A stretch of DNA of 9,320 bases from Octopus sinensis (taxonomy: Eukaryota), in the NCBI RefSeq assembly GCF_006345805.1, contig NW_021828004.1, forward strand, positions 1 to 9,320, read 5' to 3'. Below, piece after piece: positions 8,073 to 9,320 of this stretch. The notes beneath the pieces are model-generated. The model made no database searches and had not been told where the DNA came from. It worked only from the letters and a program-made list of their open reading frames with translations. Position numbers and translations under genes: made by a program. Position 1 is the stretch's first letter. Each line of letters opens with the position of its first letter.

Positions 8073-8487
8073 TAATGCAAAATGGGACAAGAACGTAAAA
8101 CACCTAGATAGACGATACAAAATACACGGACGGGTCATTGGAAATCTTTAATCTTCGGTCAAGAACCGGATCATCCTCGCAATTTCGGCTGATTAATCTT
8201 GAGATTGCTACAATCTGGCGAGCCCCAGGTAAAAACTAACCTAACAGCATTAGATTCCTTGGAAAAATGATCGAATGTACACGGAACAAGGACGGAAAAA
8301 CGGACGATGTTACACGAATATAAATACAAATATAATACAAAAATACAATAAAAATAATAATAACAGGACATACCAACAGGCATCTTTCGACTGGATATGA
8401 ACTGAGTTCAACTGGTGTGTTGGGAATTAAGCCTTACGGCAGAGGAAAAGTTCGATATGACAGTGACCGTAGTCCCACACAAAAGGG
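8073..8487. repeat. Probable interspersed repeat inserted in a (TA)n tract
   Basis: A ~415-bp, relatively CpG-rich, A-skewed block with TA runs on both sides (8062-8073, 8488-8508). Resembles an octopod dispersed repeat from memory; class not determined. Confidence 0.4.
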
Positions 8488-8774
8488 TATATATACATAT
8501 ATATATATCCCCGGAGTCAATATCTAATTACGGTTAGAATGACATATTGTTGTCATTATAAGTGCTGGTTGACAATATTTGCAACTACATCAAACAACAT
8601 GCATTACAGTATTGAAATAAAAACAATTTATTCCACTTTCGATTCTTATCTACCATGCCTTTCAATGTTTTGGCTTTTAAATATTAAGAACCGATGCGGA
8701 GCTGGGGTAGAATGCAAAATATTAGAATTTCATATCGATTTTAGAAATTATTATTATGGCATAACGAGTGAGAT

Positions 8775-8968
8775 ATTTTCCGACAAATTAAAGTTACGTT
8801 AATTTGATTTGCTATATTAAACGACGTCCTACAAATTAACGTTACCGTATTTAGTCTTCACACTTTATACTCGATGTCCGATCAATTAACGGTACTGGAA
8901 TTGCTTTAGTATCTTTACAGGACGTGAAACAATTTAACGTTACGGTGTTTAGTTTTGATACTTTCCAC
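8775..8968. repeat. Degenerate minisatellite, ~49-bp unit, four copies
   Basis: Cores ACAAATTAAAGTTAC (8783), ACAAATTAACGTTAC (8831), ATCAATTAACGGTAC (8881) and ACAATTTAACGTTAC (8929), spaced 48/50/48 bp. 8823-8866 versus 8921-8964 is 35/44. Confidence 0.85.
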
Positions 8969-8999
8969 GGCATCGTATTTATTTTGTTGGGGCATATAG

Positions 9000-9155
9000 A
9001 CATTATAATTTTAAATGTTGCCACAAATAACTTTGTTTTTCTGACTTCATTAGTCGATAATACGACCTATGCGTCAATAATTGAATTCAATGAAATCGAC
9101 TAATTGCTCTCCCTTCTAAATTGCAGACATTGTGCCCAAGCTACTGATAGTTATT
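9000..9155 (+). mobile_element. Highly decayed family A SINE (body and 3' end)
   Basis: AACTTTG...GTCGATAA...AATCGACT...CTCTCCCTTCTAAATTGC...TTGTGCCCAA is collinear with the reverse complements of 457-560 and 3464-3568. Confidence 0.5.
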
Positions 9156-9157
9156 GT

Positions 9158-9225
9158 AGGCAGTTAAGTGGCAAGAACGTTAAAGCGTCGGTTAAAAATC
9201 TTCGTTCCATTCCTTTCAACATCTC
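9158..9225 (+). mobile_element. 5' head fragment of a family A SINE
   Basis: GGCAGTTAAGTGGCAAGAACGTTAAAGCGTCGG has an A-box-like TGGCnnnAnnG. It resembles AGAATCGTTAGAG at 5131 and the reverse complement of 621-639. Confidence 0.45.
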
Positions 9226-9320
9226 ATCGAATAGCAACGATGTTTCTTTGGGATTTTACAGAAGGCATTACGTTATTTTTCTGCTTGACCGCAATAAGTA
9301 TCTCAATTCCAAGATTCTTC

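Noticed and set aside
8150-8215. Possible hammerhead ribozyme (minus strand GCAATC...CCGAAATTGC)
   Set aside because: No CUGANGA core, and too little room for stems I and II.
7889-8802. ORFs 7889-8098, 8171-8383 and 8539-8802 (also 4082-4267 and 1550-1735)
   Set aside because: Short, with no recognisable motifs or splice support; consistent with random ORFs in AT-rich or repeat DNA.
8775-8968. CRISPR-like repeat/spacer array
   Set aside because: The cores are short and degenerate, the linkers are related to each other, there are no cas genes, and the context is eukaryotic.

Overview
AT-rich, repeat-dense eukaryotic DNA, most likely intergenic or intronic. The interspersed-repeat repertoire and the (TA)n/(CA)n/(GATT)n load resemble an octopod cephalopod genome; this comes from recall, not a database search. 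No intact protein-coding gene is supported. The window contains: (1) a decayed C-terminal fragment of an RLE-type (R4/Dong-like) non-LTR retrotransposon at about 1-464; (2) a full-span but dead mariner transposon at 5168-6375 with both TIRs and a TA duplication; (3) about six decayed copies of one tRNA-derived SINE family, one of them split by the mariner, with a sister copy at about 7036-7143 that preserves the empty site; (4) a younger-looking CORE-like SINE at 7232-7616; (5) many microsatellites, a four-copy ~49-bp minisatellite and a 49-bp direct repeat. I found no convincing novel biological system. The best observations concern transposon history: a nested insertion with its empty site in the window, a probable templated patch inside the transposase, and a LINE/SINE microhomology junction. 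There is also one tentative minus-strand exon-like island.
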